Origin: an uncultured Actinomycetes bacterium
Lineage (GTDB): Bacteria; Actinomycetota; Thermoleophilia; RBG-16-64-13
Direction of reading: 5' to 3'
DNA: 64,000 nt
Assembly (NCBI GenBank): GCA_963841735.1
Contig: CAWJDT010000001.1
Location: forward strand, 448,001-512,000
Below are positions 1-9,486 of this stretch, in pieces. A program made the translations under genes and the position numbers. Positions within the stretch are counted from its first letter, which is position 1; every line of letters begins with the position of its first letter. The notes beneath the pieces are model-generated. The model did no database searches. It worked only from the letters and a program-made list of their open reading frames with translations, and had not been told where the DNA came from.

Positions 1-658
1 CGGCCCCAGCGGCCAGCGCCTGCTCGATGACCTTGCCGCTCAGCCGCCGCTGGATCTCGGCCTTGGGCATGCCCACGCTGGCGCCGCAGCACTCGGTCTT
101 GTAGTTCCACCACTTGACGTCGGCGCCGGCGGCCTGCAGCAGCAGGTCCATCTTCATGGGCTGCTCGTTGTCGCACTCGTTGGTGAGGTCGCTCGGCCGG
201 CCCAGAAGGCAGCCGTAGTACGGCACCACCTTGAGCTGCGAGAGGTCGGTCTTGACCAGCGAGGCGATCTTCTCCTCGCCCACGAAGTTCACCAGGTATT
301 CGGGAAGAGAGTAGACCATGACCTTGCCGTCGTAGGGCTTGTCGAGCACCTCGTTGACCTCGGCCCGGAAGGCGTCGTCGGTGTGGATCTCTATCTGCGC
401 GTTCTTCTCGCGCTGGTAGCAGGAGGGGCAGGGAGCCAGCAACTCGTCGCCCACCTCGGCCGCCTGGCGCAGGTTGCGCGCGGCCAGGGACTGAGCCAGC
501 AGGTGGTCCATCATGTGAGCGGGGGTGGAGCCGCAGCACGTCCAGTCCGGCACTTCCTTGTACTCCACGCCAAGAACAGCGAGCACCTTGCGGGTGGAGA
601 CGTCGAACTCGCCCGACGACTTGTGCAGAGAGCAACCGGGGTAGTAAGCGAGGCTCAT
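1..658 (-). CDS. hdrB: Heterodisulfide reductase subunit B (CCG domain), 3' end outside window
   Basis: Manual translation MSLAYYPGCSLHKS...DWTCCGS...APCPSC...VPYYGCLL...KTECCGAS; ATGA overlap with hdrC stop. Confidence 0.92.
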   Translation of the reverse strand, partial: MSLAYYPGCSLHKSSGEFDVSTRKVLAVLGVEYKEVPDWTCCGSTPAHMMDHLLAQSLAARNLRQAAEVGDELLAPCPSCYQREKNAQIEIHTDDAFRAEVNEVLDKPYDGKVMVYSLPEYLVNFVGEEKIASLVKTDLSQLKVVPYYGCLLGRPSDLTNECDNEQPMKMDLLLQAAGADVKWWNYKTECCGASVGMPKAEIQRRLSGKVIEQALAAGA

Positions 659-1356
659 GCCGCCACCTCGCCTTTGCCGGCGCCGCCCGACGCCGCGCTG
701 GGCGCGCCGTGCGCGCCTCCCGGCGCCGCGGCCGCGGCCGCCCCGGCCGCGTCAGCGGAGGCCTGTGCCCGCGCCTTGGCCTCGGCCTTCTCGTAAGCCT
801 GGGCCTTAGCCATAGTCTTCTTGTAGATGCGGCTGACCTCCGCGGTGCCCTTGGCTCGGCGCGGGATGAACGAAAGCTTCCGCTTAGTCACCATGGGCAC
901 CATCAGGCCCATGTCACCCATGGCCATCTTGGGATTCATAGTCCCGGTGTAGAACATGGCCATCATTAGGAACTCGGGCAGCCTGCCAAAGCGGGCCACC
1001 GCTCCCATGAAGGCCTTGTTGAAGGTATTGGCGTGCTCGGGGACGTCTCGCCCCTGGGCGACAGCGATGGTCTTGAGATCTTCAAAAATGCCGGCGATAT
1101 CGATGTTGCGCGGGCAACGCGCCGTGCAGGTGAGGCACTGGACGCACAACTGGACCGCCTTGGAGTCCAGCACCCGCTCGACCAAGCCCACTTGGAGCAG
1201 CCGCATGATCTGGTTGGGAGTGTAGTCAAAAGTGAAAGCGGCCGGGCAACCTGCGGAGCAATTGCCGCACTGGTAACACTCGCGGACATCAGCCTGCACC
1301 CTTTTGACCAATTTCTCCCGATAGAACGCTGCTTGCTCTGCGTCGTATCGGATCAA
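655..1356 (-). CDS. hdrC: Heterodisulfide reductase subunit C (2x[4Fe-4S])
   Basis: CYQCGNCSAGCP and CVQCLTCTARCP motifs; TTG start after AGGAGG; adjacent to hdrB. Confidence 0.9.
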   Translation of the reverse strand: MIRYDAEQAAFYREKLVKRVQADVRECYQCGNCSAGCPAAFTFDYTPNQIMRLLQVGLVERVLDSKAVQLCVQCLTCTARCPRNIDIAGIFEDLKTIAVAQGRDVPEHANTFNKAFMGAVARFGRLPEFLMMAMFYTGTMNPKMAMGDMGLMVPMVTKRKLSFIPRRAKGTAEVSRIYKKTMAKAQAYEKAEAKARAQASADAAGAAAAAAPGGAHGAPSAASGGAGKGEVAA

Positions 1357-1521
1357 TCCAACCCTCCTAAAACGACCGACTGCTACTGGTCCTCCTGAGC
1401 AAGTGCGACCAGCAGCCGTTGGTCCAGAAGATAGGAGGGCTGGCGCGATGCACCAGGCGGCCAGTATATCATTGGGGACTTTTTGTTCGGGGTACAGTGC
1501 GGGTCGACAGCGAGGCGCATA

Positions 1522-1558
1522 GCCCCCTCGCAAGCCCTTGCGGGGCCGCCGAGGGGGC
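1522..1558. terminator. GC-rich hairpin downstream of LRR lipoprotein gene
   Basis: GCCCCCTCG...CGAGGGGGC inverted repeat; no U-tract. Confidence 0.4.
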
Positions 1559-1575
1559 GCTCGTCAAGCCCTTAG

Positions 1576-2280
1576 CTACAAGGTGAAGTCCTTGTTCTCA
1601 CCACCCAGATTCGGGTAGATATCCGCTATGGGGGAGTAGTCGGTGATCGGATTGCCCTCCAAGTACAGAGTCGCAAGCTTCGTCATGCCTGCCAAAGGAG
1701 AGAGGTCCGTAATCTGGTCGCCCTTGATCCACAGACTCTCCATCTGCGTCATGCCCGCGAGAGCGCTTATATCGGTGATCTTCTCATTGCCCCATATCCA
1801 AAGATCCTTCATGCCAGTCAGCCCCTCTAGCGGGCTTATGTCCGCGAGATTGCAGCAGGCCACGTAGAGGCATTCCAGCTTGGTCAGCCCAGACAACACG
1901 CTGATATCAATATCTTTGCCGTCGTCATATAGCGCCCAGTTGAGGTTCAGACTGGTGAGATTGGGGAAGTACGCAAGGTCCGAGATGTCCTTGACTCTCG
2001 CTATGGGAACGCCACCCTCCATCTGAAGGTCCAGCTGAGTGACTGCCTGGGCCTCGGTCACCGTGACGTCACCCTCGGGCTTGTTCATCGCCTTGCGTAC
2101 CAAGCCCTCGAGCACCGTGTCTGTGAATACAACGGGCGACACGGGGTCAGCGGGCGATATGACATCGGTGGTGACAGCGGAGACAGAAGTGGCGGTCTCG
2201 TCGGTCGCACCCGAACCACATGCAGTTGACCCTATTGCAACCAGCGTGATCAGCGCGACAACCAGCAGCATTTTCTTCAT
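1576..2280 (-). CDS. Leucine-rich repeat (internalin-like) lipoprotein
   Basis: MKK + hydrophobic stretch + STAC lipobox; repeated ITDISALAGMTQMESLWI-type LRRs. Confidence 0.85.
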   Translation of the reverse strand: MKKMLLVVALITLVAIGSTACGSGATDETATSVSAVTTDVISPADPVSPVVFTDTVLEGLVRKAMNKPEGDVTVTEAQAVTQLDLQMEGGVPIARVKDISDLAYFPNLTSLNLNWALYDDGKDIDISVLSGLTKLECLYVACCNLADISPLEGLTGMKDLWIWGNEKITDISALAGMTQMESLWIKGDQITDLSPLAGMTKLATLYLEGNPITDYSPIADIYPNLGGENKDFTL

Positions 2281-2399
2281 GGACCATCCTTCCTTGCGTT
2301 TACAGTGCGACAAAGCTCACAGCTCACCACTGTAGCAGTAGCGGCAGGGACCCCTCGACTCAAAGAGAACCCCGCGACCCGCGAAGATTCTTCATGCGA

Positions 2400-2549
2400 C
2401 TACTCTTTTGCCAGCAACGCGCGCGCCGCCGAGACGCGCCCGCGTTGGGTGATTACCACTGGCTCTTTCGACGCCGTCACTCGTTTGATGACGCCGGCGG
2501 TGTCTTGGCGAAGATCGGAGATGGGTATGATCTCGGGCAAAGCAGTCAT
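2400..2549 (-). pseudogene. Internally truncated Phd/YefM-family antitoxin (49 aa), absent from the ORF track
   Basis: Manual translation MTALPEIIPISDLRQDTAGVIKRVTASKEPVVITQRGRVSAARALLAKE has the Phd pattern (ISDLR...EPVVITQRGR); no cognate toxin follows. Confidence 0.7.
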
Positions 2550-2603
2550 TGAAAGCATCTCTTATGGTACGTGCAATGGTACCGCTGGACAGTCACCAAT
2601 CCG

Positions 2604-2912
2604 TCAGATCGACACTCTCAGCTTAAGCCCCAAAGACCGGAGGACCTTCTGCACCGTCGCGAATTCCGGATTGCCCTGCTCCGACAGCGCCTTGTACAGG
2701 CTCTCGCGCCCCAGCCCTGTGTCGCGAGACACTTGGGTCATGCCCTTGGCCCTGGCTACGTCGCCGAGGGCAGCAAGGAGTAGTTCCTGGTCGTCCTCCT
2801 CTAGAACCGCGTTGAGATAGCCGACGATCTCCTCGTCGGAGTTCAGGTAGCGTGTGACATCCCAGCGACGAAGCTTGATCTTGGTCTCTCCCTGAGTCTC
2901 CACTCTGCTCAC
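2604..2912 (-). CDS. Addiction module antidote protein, HigA/HI1420-type HTH
   Basis: YL...ALGDVARAKGMTQVSRDTGLGRESLYKALSEQGNPEFATVQKVL; overlaps toxin stop. Confidence 0.9.
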   Translation of the reverse strand: MSRVETQGETKIKLRRWDVTRYLNSDEEIVGYLNAVLEEDDQELLLAALGDVARAKGMTQVSRDTGLGRESLYKALSEQGNPEFATVQKVLRSLGLKLRVSI

Positions 2913-3214
2913 ATCCAACCCTCCATTGCCTCCCGGACCAGCCGCCTCGCTCGCGCGATGTCTCGCGCCTGGCTGGCCTTGTCGCCGCCGGCCAGAAGAA
3001 GGATCACGGCCCCACCTTGCCGGGTGAAGTACACGCGATATCCCGGCCCGTAGTCGATGCGAAGTTCATACGCGCCGCCTCCCACCGACTGGAAGTCGCC
3101 TGGGTTCCCGAGTATGAGGCGCCGCACTCGCGCCTCGATCCGCTGGCGTGCTTCCCGGTCTCGAAGTGCTTCGAACCAGCGCCAGTATTCGCTTGTCTCG
3201 ATGATCTCGAACAT
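2909..3214 (-). CDS. RelE/ParE-family toxin, HI1419-type
   Basis: GNPGDFQSVGGGAYELRIDYGPGYRVYF...LLLAGGDKASQARDI. Confidence 0.9.
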   Translation of the reverse strand: MFEIIETSEYWRWFEALRDREARQRIEARVRRLILGNPGDFQSVGGGAYELRIDYGPGYRVYFTRQGGAVILLLAGGDKASQARDIARARRLVREAMEGWM

Positions 3215-3218
3215 CTGT

Positions 3219-3237
3219 ATTGTATCCCATAAGATAC
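3219..3237 (-). promoter_or_regulatory. TA promoter -10 (TACAAT) overlapped by palindromic operator GTATC-N6-GATAC
   Basis: Inverted repeat 3222-3237 overlaps ATTGTA 3219-3224, immediately upstream of the toxin ATG. Confidence 0.55.
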
Positions 3238-3415
3238 GGGCGCGCAATCAGCGCCCGGTTGGGGTTCCCTGGACACTGATTGTGCAGAGGGCGCGAAGGC
3301 GGAGAGTCAGTCGTTGGACTGACCTTGGAGACCCCGCTGGGTCGGGTCGACGCGGCGGTCAGGCGTGGCTCCGCCTGCCCCAGACGATGCACCAGTCAGA
3401 TGCGAGCCGGTTCGA

Positions 3416-4166
3416 TCAGCGGAGCGGCACCCCGGCAGCTGTCTTGACCATCTCCAGGAAGTACTCGTGCAGCCGAGTGTCGTCGCTCAGTTCGGGGTGA
3501 AAGGCCACAGCCATCATCTGGCCCTGCCGCACACCGACGATGTGGTCGCCACACCTTGCTATGACCTCCACCCCGGGGCCGACCTCTTCAACCCACGGAG
3601 CGCGTATGAAGATGCCGTGAAAGTCGTCGCAGGGTCGGCGCGCGGCGGCGCCAGGCGCGGGCGCCGCGGGCGTTGCGGCCGCCGCGGGCGCCGCGCCGCC
3701 GGCCGCGGCCCCTCCGGCCCCGGCCGCCCCCAGGCTGAGCTCCACCGGACCCTCAAAGCTGCGCGACTGCCGCCCGAAGGCGTTGCGGCGCACGGTGATG
3801 TCCATCACCTGCAGCAAGGGTTGCTCGCCGTCGGTGGTGTGTTTGGCCAACATGATGAGTCCGGCACAGGTACCGAACACCGGATGATTCTTGACAAAAT
3901 CGCGCAGCGGCTCCATCAGCTTGTACGTCCTCCAGGAGCAGGCCGATGGTGGTGCTCTCGCCGCCGGGGATCATGAGGCCGTCCAGCCCCTCCAGGTCGC
4001 GCGGTAGACGGACCTCGGTCACCTTGGCGCCGAGCCCGCGCAGCATGCGCACGTGCTCGCGAAAAGCGCCTTGTAGCGCAAGGACTCCTACACGAGGCTG
4101 CGCCCCAGTGGGCGGAACGGTGCCGCTCGAGCCGGCCGTGTCGGGCGAGGGAGTGCCGCCGGCCAC
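3416..4166 (-). CDS. pdxT: PLP synthase glutaminase subunit (one frameshift near 3927, likely sequencing error)
   Basis: [43 protein letters not shown] split over two frames. Confidence 0.9.
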
Positions 4167-4167
4167 G

Positions 4168-5052
4168 CTACCAGCCGCGGTGCTGGATGAGCTTCTCCGG
4201 GTCGATCTGGCCGATCTCGAGGCCCGGCATGGCGTCGCCCAGTCCTTGGGAGACCTCAGCCAGGATCTTGGCGTCCTGATAGTGCGTGGTGGCCTGCACG
4301 ATGGCCTTGGCCCTGCCGGCCGGATCGGCGCTCTTGAAGATGCCCGAGCCCACGAAGACGCCATCGGCGCCCAGCTGCATCATGAGGGCCGCGTCAGCCG
4401 GCGTGGCGATGCCGCCCGCCGAGAAGTTGACCACCGGCAGCGTGCCGTTCTTGGCCACCCAAGCGACCAAGTCGTAAGGCGCCCGATGTTCCTTGGCCAT
4501 GGCGAAGAGCTCGTCCTCATCCATGGCTGTGAGAGCCTTCATCTCGCCCACGATGGTGCGCATGTGCCGCACGGCCTCCACCACGTTGCCGGTGCCGGCC
4601 TCGCCCTTGGTGCGGATCATGGCCGCGCCTTCGCTGATGCGGCGCAGAGCTTCGCCCAAGTTGGTAGCCCCGCACACGAAAGGCACGGTGAACTTCCACT
4701 TGTTGATGTGGTGGGACTCGTCGGCGGGAGTGAGCACTTCGCTCTCGTCGATGTAGTCGATCTCCAACGCTTCGAGTATCTGCGCCTCGACGAAGTGTCC
4801 GATACGGGCCTTGGCCATGACCGGGATGCTCACGGCCTTCTGGATGGCCACGATCATCTCGGGATCGGACATGCGGGCTACGCCGCCATCCCTGCGTATA
4901 TCTGCGGGCACGCGCTCCAGAGCCATGACGGCGCAGGCGCCCGCCTCCTCGGCGATGCGGGCCTGCTCAGCGGTGGTGACGTCCATGATGACCCCGCCCT
5001 TGAGCATCTCGGCGAGACCCGTCTTGACTCTAAGTGTTCCTTCTTCTCTCAT
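4168..5052 (-). CDS. pdxS: PLP synthase lyase subunit
   Basis: [31 protein letters not shown]. Confidence 0.97.
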   Translation of the reverse strand: MREEGTLRVKTGLAEMLKGGVIMDVTTAEQARIAEEAGACAVMALERVPADIRRDGGVARMSDPEMIVAIQKAVSIPVMAKARIGHFVEAQILEALEIDYIDESEVLTPADESHHINKWKFTVPFVCGATNLGEALRRISEGAAMIRTKGEAGTGNVVEAVRHMRTIVGEMKALTAMDEDELFAMAKEHRAPYDLVAWVAKNGTLPVVNFSAGGIATPADAALMMQLGADGVFVGSGIFKSADPAGRAKAIVQATTHYQDAKILAEVSQGLGDAMPGLEIGQIDPEKLIQHRGW

Positions 5053-5081
5053 GACCGACCCTTCCGTGCAATTTAGGCCGT

Positions 5082-5474
5082 CTATGATACATCCGCCCCG
5101 CCCGGCGCGCCGCCGGCCGCGTCATGCGCTCTCACCTCCAGCAAAGACCGTATCGCCTCGGCTTGGTCTCGCCGCAACATCGCGGTGGTCAGGTCGCCTT
5201 GATCCTCGAAAGCGGTGGCCTCGATCTCAAGGGCTTGTTGCAGGAGCGCGAGGACGCGAGCGTCCACCTCAGCCAGTCTCAGCAGTGCGCCCAGACTCTG
5301 GGGGGCCAGATTCGAAGCCATGGCCGGATCCATGGACAACGCCAGGCCTATGGACTCACCGGCGACCTCGGGGCGCTCCTCTGGGTCCTTGACGCCGAGC
5401 TTGCCCAAGGCCGTTCTTATCATTGCACCCAACTGCTCGATAAGGCGCAGGATGTAGTCATTCTCTTGTCGCAA
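5082..5474 (-). CDS. Hypothetical helical protein (DUF6483-like N-terminus)
   Basis: [11 protein letters not shown] start; RBS GGGGGA; co-oriented after mqnC. Confidence 0.6.
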   Translation of the reverse strand: MRQENDYILRLIEQLGAMIRTALGKLGVKDPEERPEVAGESIGLALSMDPAMASNLAPQSLGALLRLAEVDARVLALLQQALEIEATAFEDQGDLTTAMLRRDQAEAIRSLLEVRAHDAAGGAPGGADVS

Positions 5475-5497
5475 CAGGTGGTCCCCCTACTACTGAC

Positions 5498-6535
5498 TTA
5501 CGCGATACTCTCCACCAGGCTGTAGTCGGTGCGCCGCTGCGCGGGGACGAACCCGGCCCCCCGGATGGCATGGATGAGATCGGCGCTGTTGGCCTGGACA
5601 CTGAGGCCCGTAGCGGCCACCACGTTTTCCTCGATCATGGTGCTGCCCAGATCGTCGGCGCCAAAGCGCAGGGCCACCTGGCCCATCTTAAGACCCTGCG
5701 TGACCCACGAGGCCTGGATGTGGGGGATGTTGTCGAGGTATAGGCGGGAAACGGCCACCATCATGAGGTACTCCACTCCGGTGACCGGCCCGTAGATCCC
5801 CTCCAGCGCCGTATTCCCCGACTGGAAGCTCCAGGGGATGAAGGCCCGGAATCCGCCGGTCTCGTCCTGCAGCTCGCGGATGACGCGGAGGTGCTCCACC
5901 CGGTCCTCAAGCGTCTCCACGCTGCCGAACATCATGGTGGCCGTGCCGGGTATCCCCTGCAGATGGGCCTCGCGCATCACCTGCAGCCACGCCTTGGTGT
6001 CGGCCTTGCCCGGAGCCACCTGCCGGCGCACGCGGTCCACCAGGATCTCGGCCCCGCCACCGGGCAGCGAGTCCAACCCGGCCGCTTGCAGCCGCCGCAA
6101 GGTCTCGGCCGTGGTCAGTCCGCTCACCTGGGCGATGTGGACGATCTCGGGCGCCGAAAGCGAGTGGATGGTGATGTCGAAGCGCTCCTTGATCGAGCGA
6201 AACATGTCTTCGTAGTAGGCGATGTCCAGATCGGGATGCAGTCCGCCCTGCATCATCACCGCCGTGCCGCCTAGGTCGAGTGTCTCCTGGATCTTGGCGT
6301 GCAGGACGCCTTGGGAAAGCACGTAGGCCTCTGGCGAACCGGGGGCGCAGTAGAAGGCGCAGAACCGGCAACCCGAGGTGCAGACGTTGGTGAAGTTGAT
6401 GTTGCGGTCGACGATGAAAGTGGCCAGATTGCCCGGCACGGTGCGCTCGCGCACTTCGTGGGCTCGCGCCCCCACTTCGAGCAGGTCGTGCGAGCGCAGC
6501 AGCTCCAGGGCCTCACGCTCGGTCATCCGGGTCAT
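5498..6535 (-). CDS. mqnC: Cyclic dehypoxanthine futalosine synthase (radical SAM)
   Basis: DRNINFTNVCTSGCRFCAF, QASWVTQG, GSTMIEENVV. Confidence 0.93.
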   Translation of the reverse strand: MTRMTEREALELLRSHDLLEVGARAHEVRERTVPGNLATFIVDRNINFTNVCTSGCRFCAFYCAPGSPEAYVLSQGVLHAKIQETLDLGGTAVMMQGGLHPDLDIAYYEDMFRSIKERFDITIHSLSAPEIVHIAQVSGLTTAETLRRLQAAGLDSLPGGGAEILVDRVRRQVAPGKADTKAWLQVMREAHLQGIPGTATMMFGSVETLEDRVEHLRVIRELQDETGGFRAFIPWSFQSGNTALEGIYGPVTGVEYLMMVAVSRLYLDNIPHIQASWVTQGLKMGQVALRFGADDLGSTMIEENVVAATGLSVQANSADLIHAIRGAGFVPAQRRTDYSLVESIA

Positions 6536-7503
6536 GAGGCTGCCGCCCCATCAGGCGCCGCGGTGGGCCCCACGGGCCCGCCGGCTCCGGCCGTGGCCGG
6601 GGACGGCGCGGGCGCCGCGCCGCCTGTCGCGGCGCCCTTCGCGCTGGCGTACTCGTCGATGAAGCGCAACTCCGGCACTTCGGCCAGTTCACCGGCCTGG
6701 TGAGCCAGCTCATAGAAGCGCAGCAAACCCCGCTGGTACTCAGGAGCGAAGCCGTAGTGAAGTAGAGCGAAGTAGCGGGTCAGGCTCTCCCGGTCGTAGT
6801 GGTAGCTCGCCAAGGCCGCGTCAACCACCTCGCCCGGGTGCTCGCTCCCGTAGTCCATGCAGGCCACCAGTTCCGTCTCGGCAGCCGAGACCTCAGGCCC
6901 GTGAGCGCGGGCGAACTCCTCACGGGTCGCCCAGACCGCGTACACCATGGGCAGCCCGGTCCAGTCCTGCCACAGCGCCCCCAGATCGTGACATACCGCC
7001 CCCCGCAGGGGGAAGTGCAGGGCGTCCAGCGCCTGGTCGCCGATGAGAAGCACGGCGTCACCCTGGTCGAGCGCAGCGGCCACAGGACCGGTGAGGTCGT
7101 GGTACTCCACCTCCTTGGCAAGCCGCAGCTTGAAGATGGTCTTCAACAAGGCCACCGCGGTGGCGCTCTGCGGGGTGAGGGCCACGCGTCTCACCCGGGC
7201 CAGCGGCCCGCGAGTGACCAACTGGATGCTGTCCACCGCGCCCTGCGACGAGATGCTCACGTGGCGCGACACCAGCAGCTCCCGGTGATTCCGAGCGTAG
7301 GCGATAGAGCTGATGGGGCCAAGGTCGATGTCGCCCGCCAGCAGCATACGGTTCAGATCGGTCGGCACCCCGGGAAAGAACTCGAGACCTGGCCGGCCCG
7401 GCAGGTCGAGAAGCCGCTCTTCGGCCAGAACGCCGCGCTGTTGCAGGCCGTGGTACAGCGGATAGCAGTTCAGAAACTCGATGTGGCCCACCCTCACGGT
7501 CAT
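6532..7503 (-). CDS. mqnA: Chorismate dehydratase
   Basis: GHIEFLNCYPL, LLIGDQAL, DLGALW..WTGLPMVYAVW. Confidence 0.9.
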   Translation of the reverse strand: MTVRVGHIEFLNCYPLYHGLQQRGVLAEERLLDLPGRPGLEFFPGVPTDLNRMLLAGDIDLGPISSIAYARNHRELLVSRHVSISSQGAVDSIQLVTRGPLARVRRVALTPQSATAVALLKTIFKLRLAKEVEYHDLTGPVAAALDQGDAVLLIGDQALDALHFPLRGAVCHDLGALWQDWTGLPMVYAVWATREEFARAHGPEVSAAETELVACMDYGSEHPGEVVDAALASYHYDRESLTRYFALLHYGFAPEYQRGLLRFYELAHQAGELAEVPELRFIDEYASAKGAATGGAAPAPSPATAGAGGPVGPTAAPDGAAAS

Positions 7504-8645
7504 GACGCCCCCTCGGCGGCGCCCGGCGCGGCCCCGGCGCCATCCCCAGGCTCGCAGCGCCGCAGCACTCGATAGAGAGCGTCGCGCTCCACCGCTGTCC
7601 GGCCCGTGGCCTGGATCACCCGCACGAGCTCCGCCTTGGGCACCACCTGTCCATGCTCCGCTCCCGACAGCAGCGAGATCACTTCTTCCACCACCGTGCC
7701 GTCCATATCGTTGGCGCCGAAGAACAGTGCGGTCTGGGCCAGCTTCAGCCCGGTCATGATCCAGTACGTCTTGATGTGGGCGAAGTTGTCAAGCAACAAG
7801 CGGGACACCGCGAGCGTCTTCAGATCGTCGGTGCCCGTGGTTGCGGGGAGATGCGCAAGGGCGCTGTTCTTGGGTTGGAAAGCCAGAGGGATGAAGGCTT
7901 GGAAGCCGCCCGTCTCGCCCTGAACCGCGCGGAGCCGCAGCAGGTGGTCCACCCGGTCCGCGTAGGTCTCCACGTGCCCGTAGAGCATGGTGGCGTTGGT
8001 CTTCAACCCCAGTCCGTGAGCCAGCTTGTGGATCTCCAGCCATCGCTCTCCCGAGATCTTGGCCGGGCACACGCGGGCACGCACCTCCGCCCCCAGGATC
8101 TCCGCCCCGCCGCCGGGCATGCTGTCCAAACCGGCGGTCTTGAGATCGCGCAACACCGCTTCCGTCGTGACTCCCTCCGCTTGAGCAAAGCAGACTATCT
8201 CCGAGGCGGTGAATGCTTTTATGTGCACGTCGGGAGCAAGCTTCCGCACACCCGCCACCATCTCCCGGATAGCGGCATAAGGCAGGGATGGGTTCTCCCC
8301 ACCCACGATGTGAATCTCGGTCGCGCCCTGCTCGACAGCCTCACGAGCCTTCTCCAGCACGTCGTCCACCGTGAGTGTGTATGCGCCCTCTTCTCCCTCT
8401 CCCCGGCTGAACGCGCAGAACAGGCAGCGGTTGCGACACACGTTGGTGTAGTTGATGTGCCGGTTGACCACGAAGTAGACGTCGTCGCCCACCTTGCGCC
8501 GGCGTGCCCCGTCGGCCAACCGCCCGACGCGCAACAGGTCTGGTGATTCGAACAAGGTAAGACCGTCGGCGGCGGATAGGCGCTCCCCTCGAGCTACCTT
8601 CTCTTCGACTGCGGTGAGAGGATCGAGATGCCTGCCGACAGGCAT
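7500..8645 (-). CDS. mqnE: Aminofutalosine synthase (radical SAM)
   Basis: NRHINYTNVCRNRCLFCAF, HIKAFTASEI, NATMLYGHVE, HIKTYW. Confidence 0.92.
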   Translation of the reverse strand: MPVGRHLDPLTAVEEKVARGERLSAADGLTLFESPDLLRVGRLADGARRRKVGDDVYFVVNRHINYTNVCRNRCLFCAFSRGEGEEGAYTLTVDDVLEKAREAVEQGATEIHIVGGENPSLPYAAIREMVAGVRKLAPDVHIKAFTASEIVCFAQAEGVTTEAVLRDLKTAGLDSMPGGGAEILGAEVRARVCPAKISGERWLEIHKLAHGLGLKTNATMLYGHVETYADRVDHLLRLRAVQGETGGFQAFIPLAFQPKNSALAHLPATTGTDDLKTLAVSRLLLDNFAHIKTYWIMTGLKLAQTALFFGANDMDGTVVEEVISLLSGAEHGQVVPKAELVRVIQATGRTAVERDALYRVLRRCEPGDGAGAAPGAAEGAS

Positions 8646-8646
8646 A

Positions 8647-9486
8647 CTAGGCCAACCCGTAGTGAAGGGCGATGATGCTCCCGGCCAAGATCTCGTAGCG
8701 CACGTTGCGAAGCCCGGCATCTTCCATGAGCCCCTTCAGCGTGTCGGGGTCGGGGAACCGGCGCACCGAAGCGGGTAGATAGCTGTAGGCGGCTTCATTT
8801 CCGGCGGCGAGCTTGCCCAGCCTGGGTACGGCATGGCCGAACCAAAGATCGTAGAACTGCTTGAACACGGGGATGGTGGGCTGGGTGATCTCCAGACACA
8901 CCACCCGGCCACCAGGCCGGCACACCCGCCGCATCTCGGCGAAGGCCCCGACGATGTCGGGCACATTGCGGATACCGAACCCCACGGTGCAGGCGTCGAA
9001 GCCCGCAGCCACGTCGCCCGCGGCAGCCCCGGCGCCTGCGGCAGCGGGAGCGGCCGCTCCAGAGGCAGCGCCGACCCCGTCGGGGAAGGGCAGGGCAAGC
9101 GCGTCGCCCGTGCGGAACTCCACATAGAGCTGATTGCGACCGCATTTATCCCGGGCGACGTCGAGCATCTCCTCGGAAACGTCCACTCCCACCACGCGGC
9201 CGTCCGATCCGATGGCCCTCCGCAGAGCGAAGGCAAAGTCACCGGTGCCGCAGCAGACGTCCAGTGCCGACGCCCCGGGGCCCACGCGGGCCAACATGAC
9301 ACCCAGCTCACGCCAACGATGATGGAGCCCGGCTGTCATGAGGTCGTTCAACCGGTCGTAGGTGCCGGCGATGCCGTCGAACATCTGCTTGATGCGGGCC
9401 GGCTCGGGCCAGGCATCCAAGCCGGTGCGGGCGGCCAAGCGCCCGCCGGCTTCCCCGCGCTCCTTGGTGTCAGTGTGCCCACTCAC
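8647..9486 (-). CDS. menG: Demethylmenaquinone methyltransferase UbiE/MenG
   Basis: MFDGIAGTYDRLND, LDVCCGTGD, GFGIRNV, YSYLPASV; GTG overlaps ubiA stop. Confidence 0.9.
   Translation of the reverse strand: MSGHTDTKERGEAGGRLAARTGLDAWPEPARIKQMFDGIAGTYDRLNDLMTAGLHHRWRELGVMLARVGPGASALDVCCGTGDFAFALRRAIGSDGRVVGVDVSEEMLDVARDKCGRNQLYVEFRTGDALALPFPDGVGAASGAAAPAAAGAGAAAGDVAAGFDACTVGFGIRNVPDIVGAFAEMRRVCRPGGRVVCLEITQPTIPVFKQFYDLWFGHAVPRLGKLAAGNEAAYSYLPASVRRFPDPDTLKGLMEDAGLRNVRYEILAGSIIALHYGLA

Noticed and set aside
3242-3325. Hairpins upstream of the toxin as a riboswitch or ncRNA
   Set aside because: Mismatches favour neither strand and no known aptamer motif was recognised
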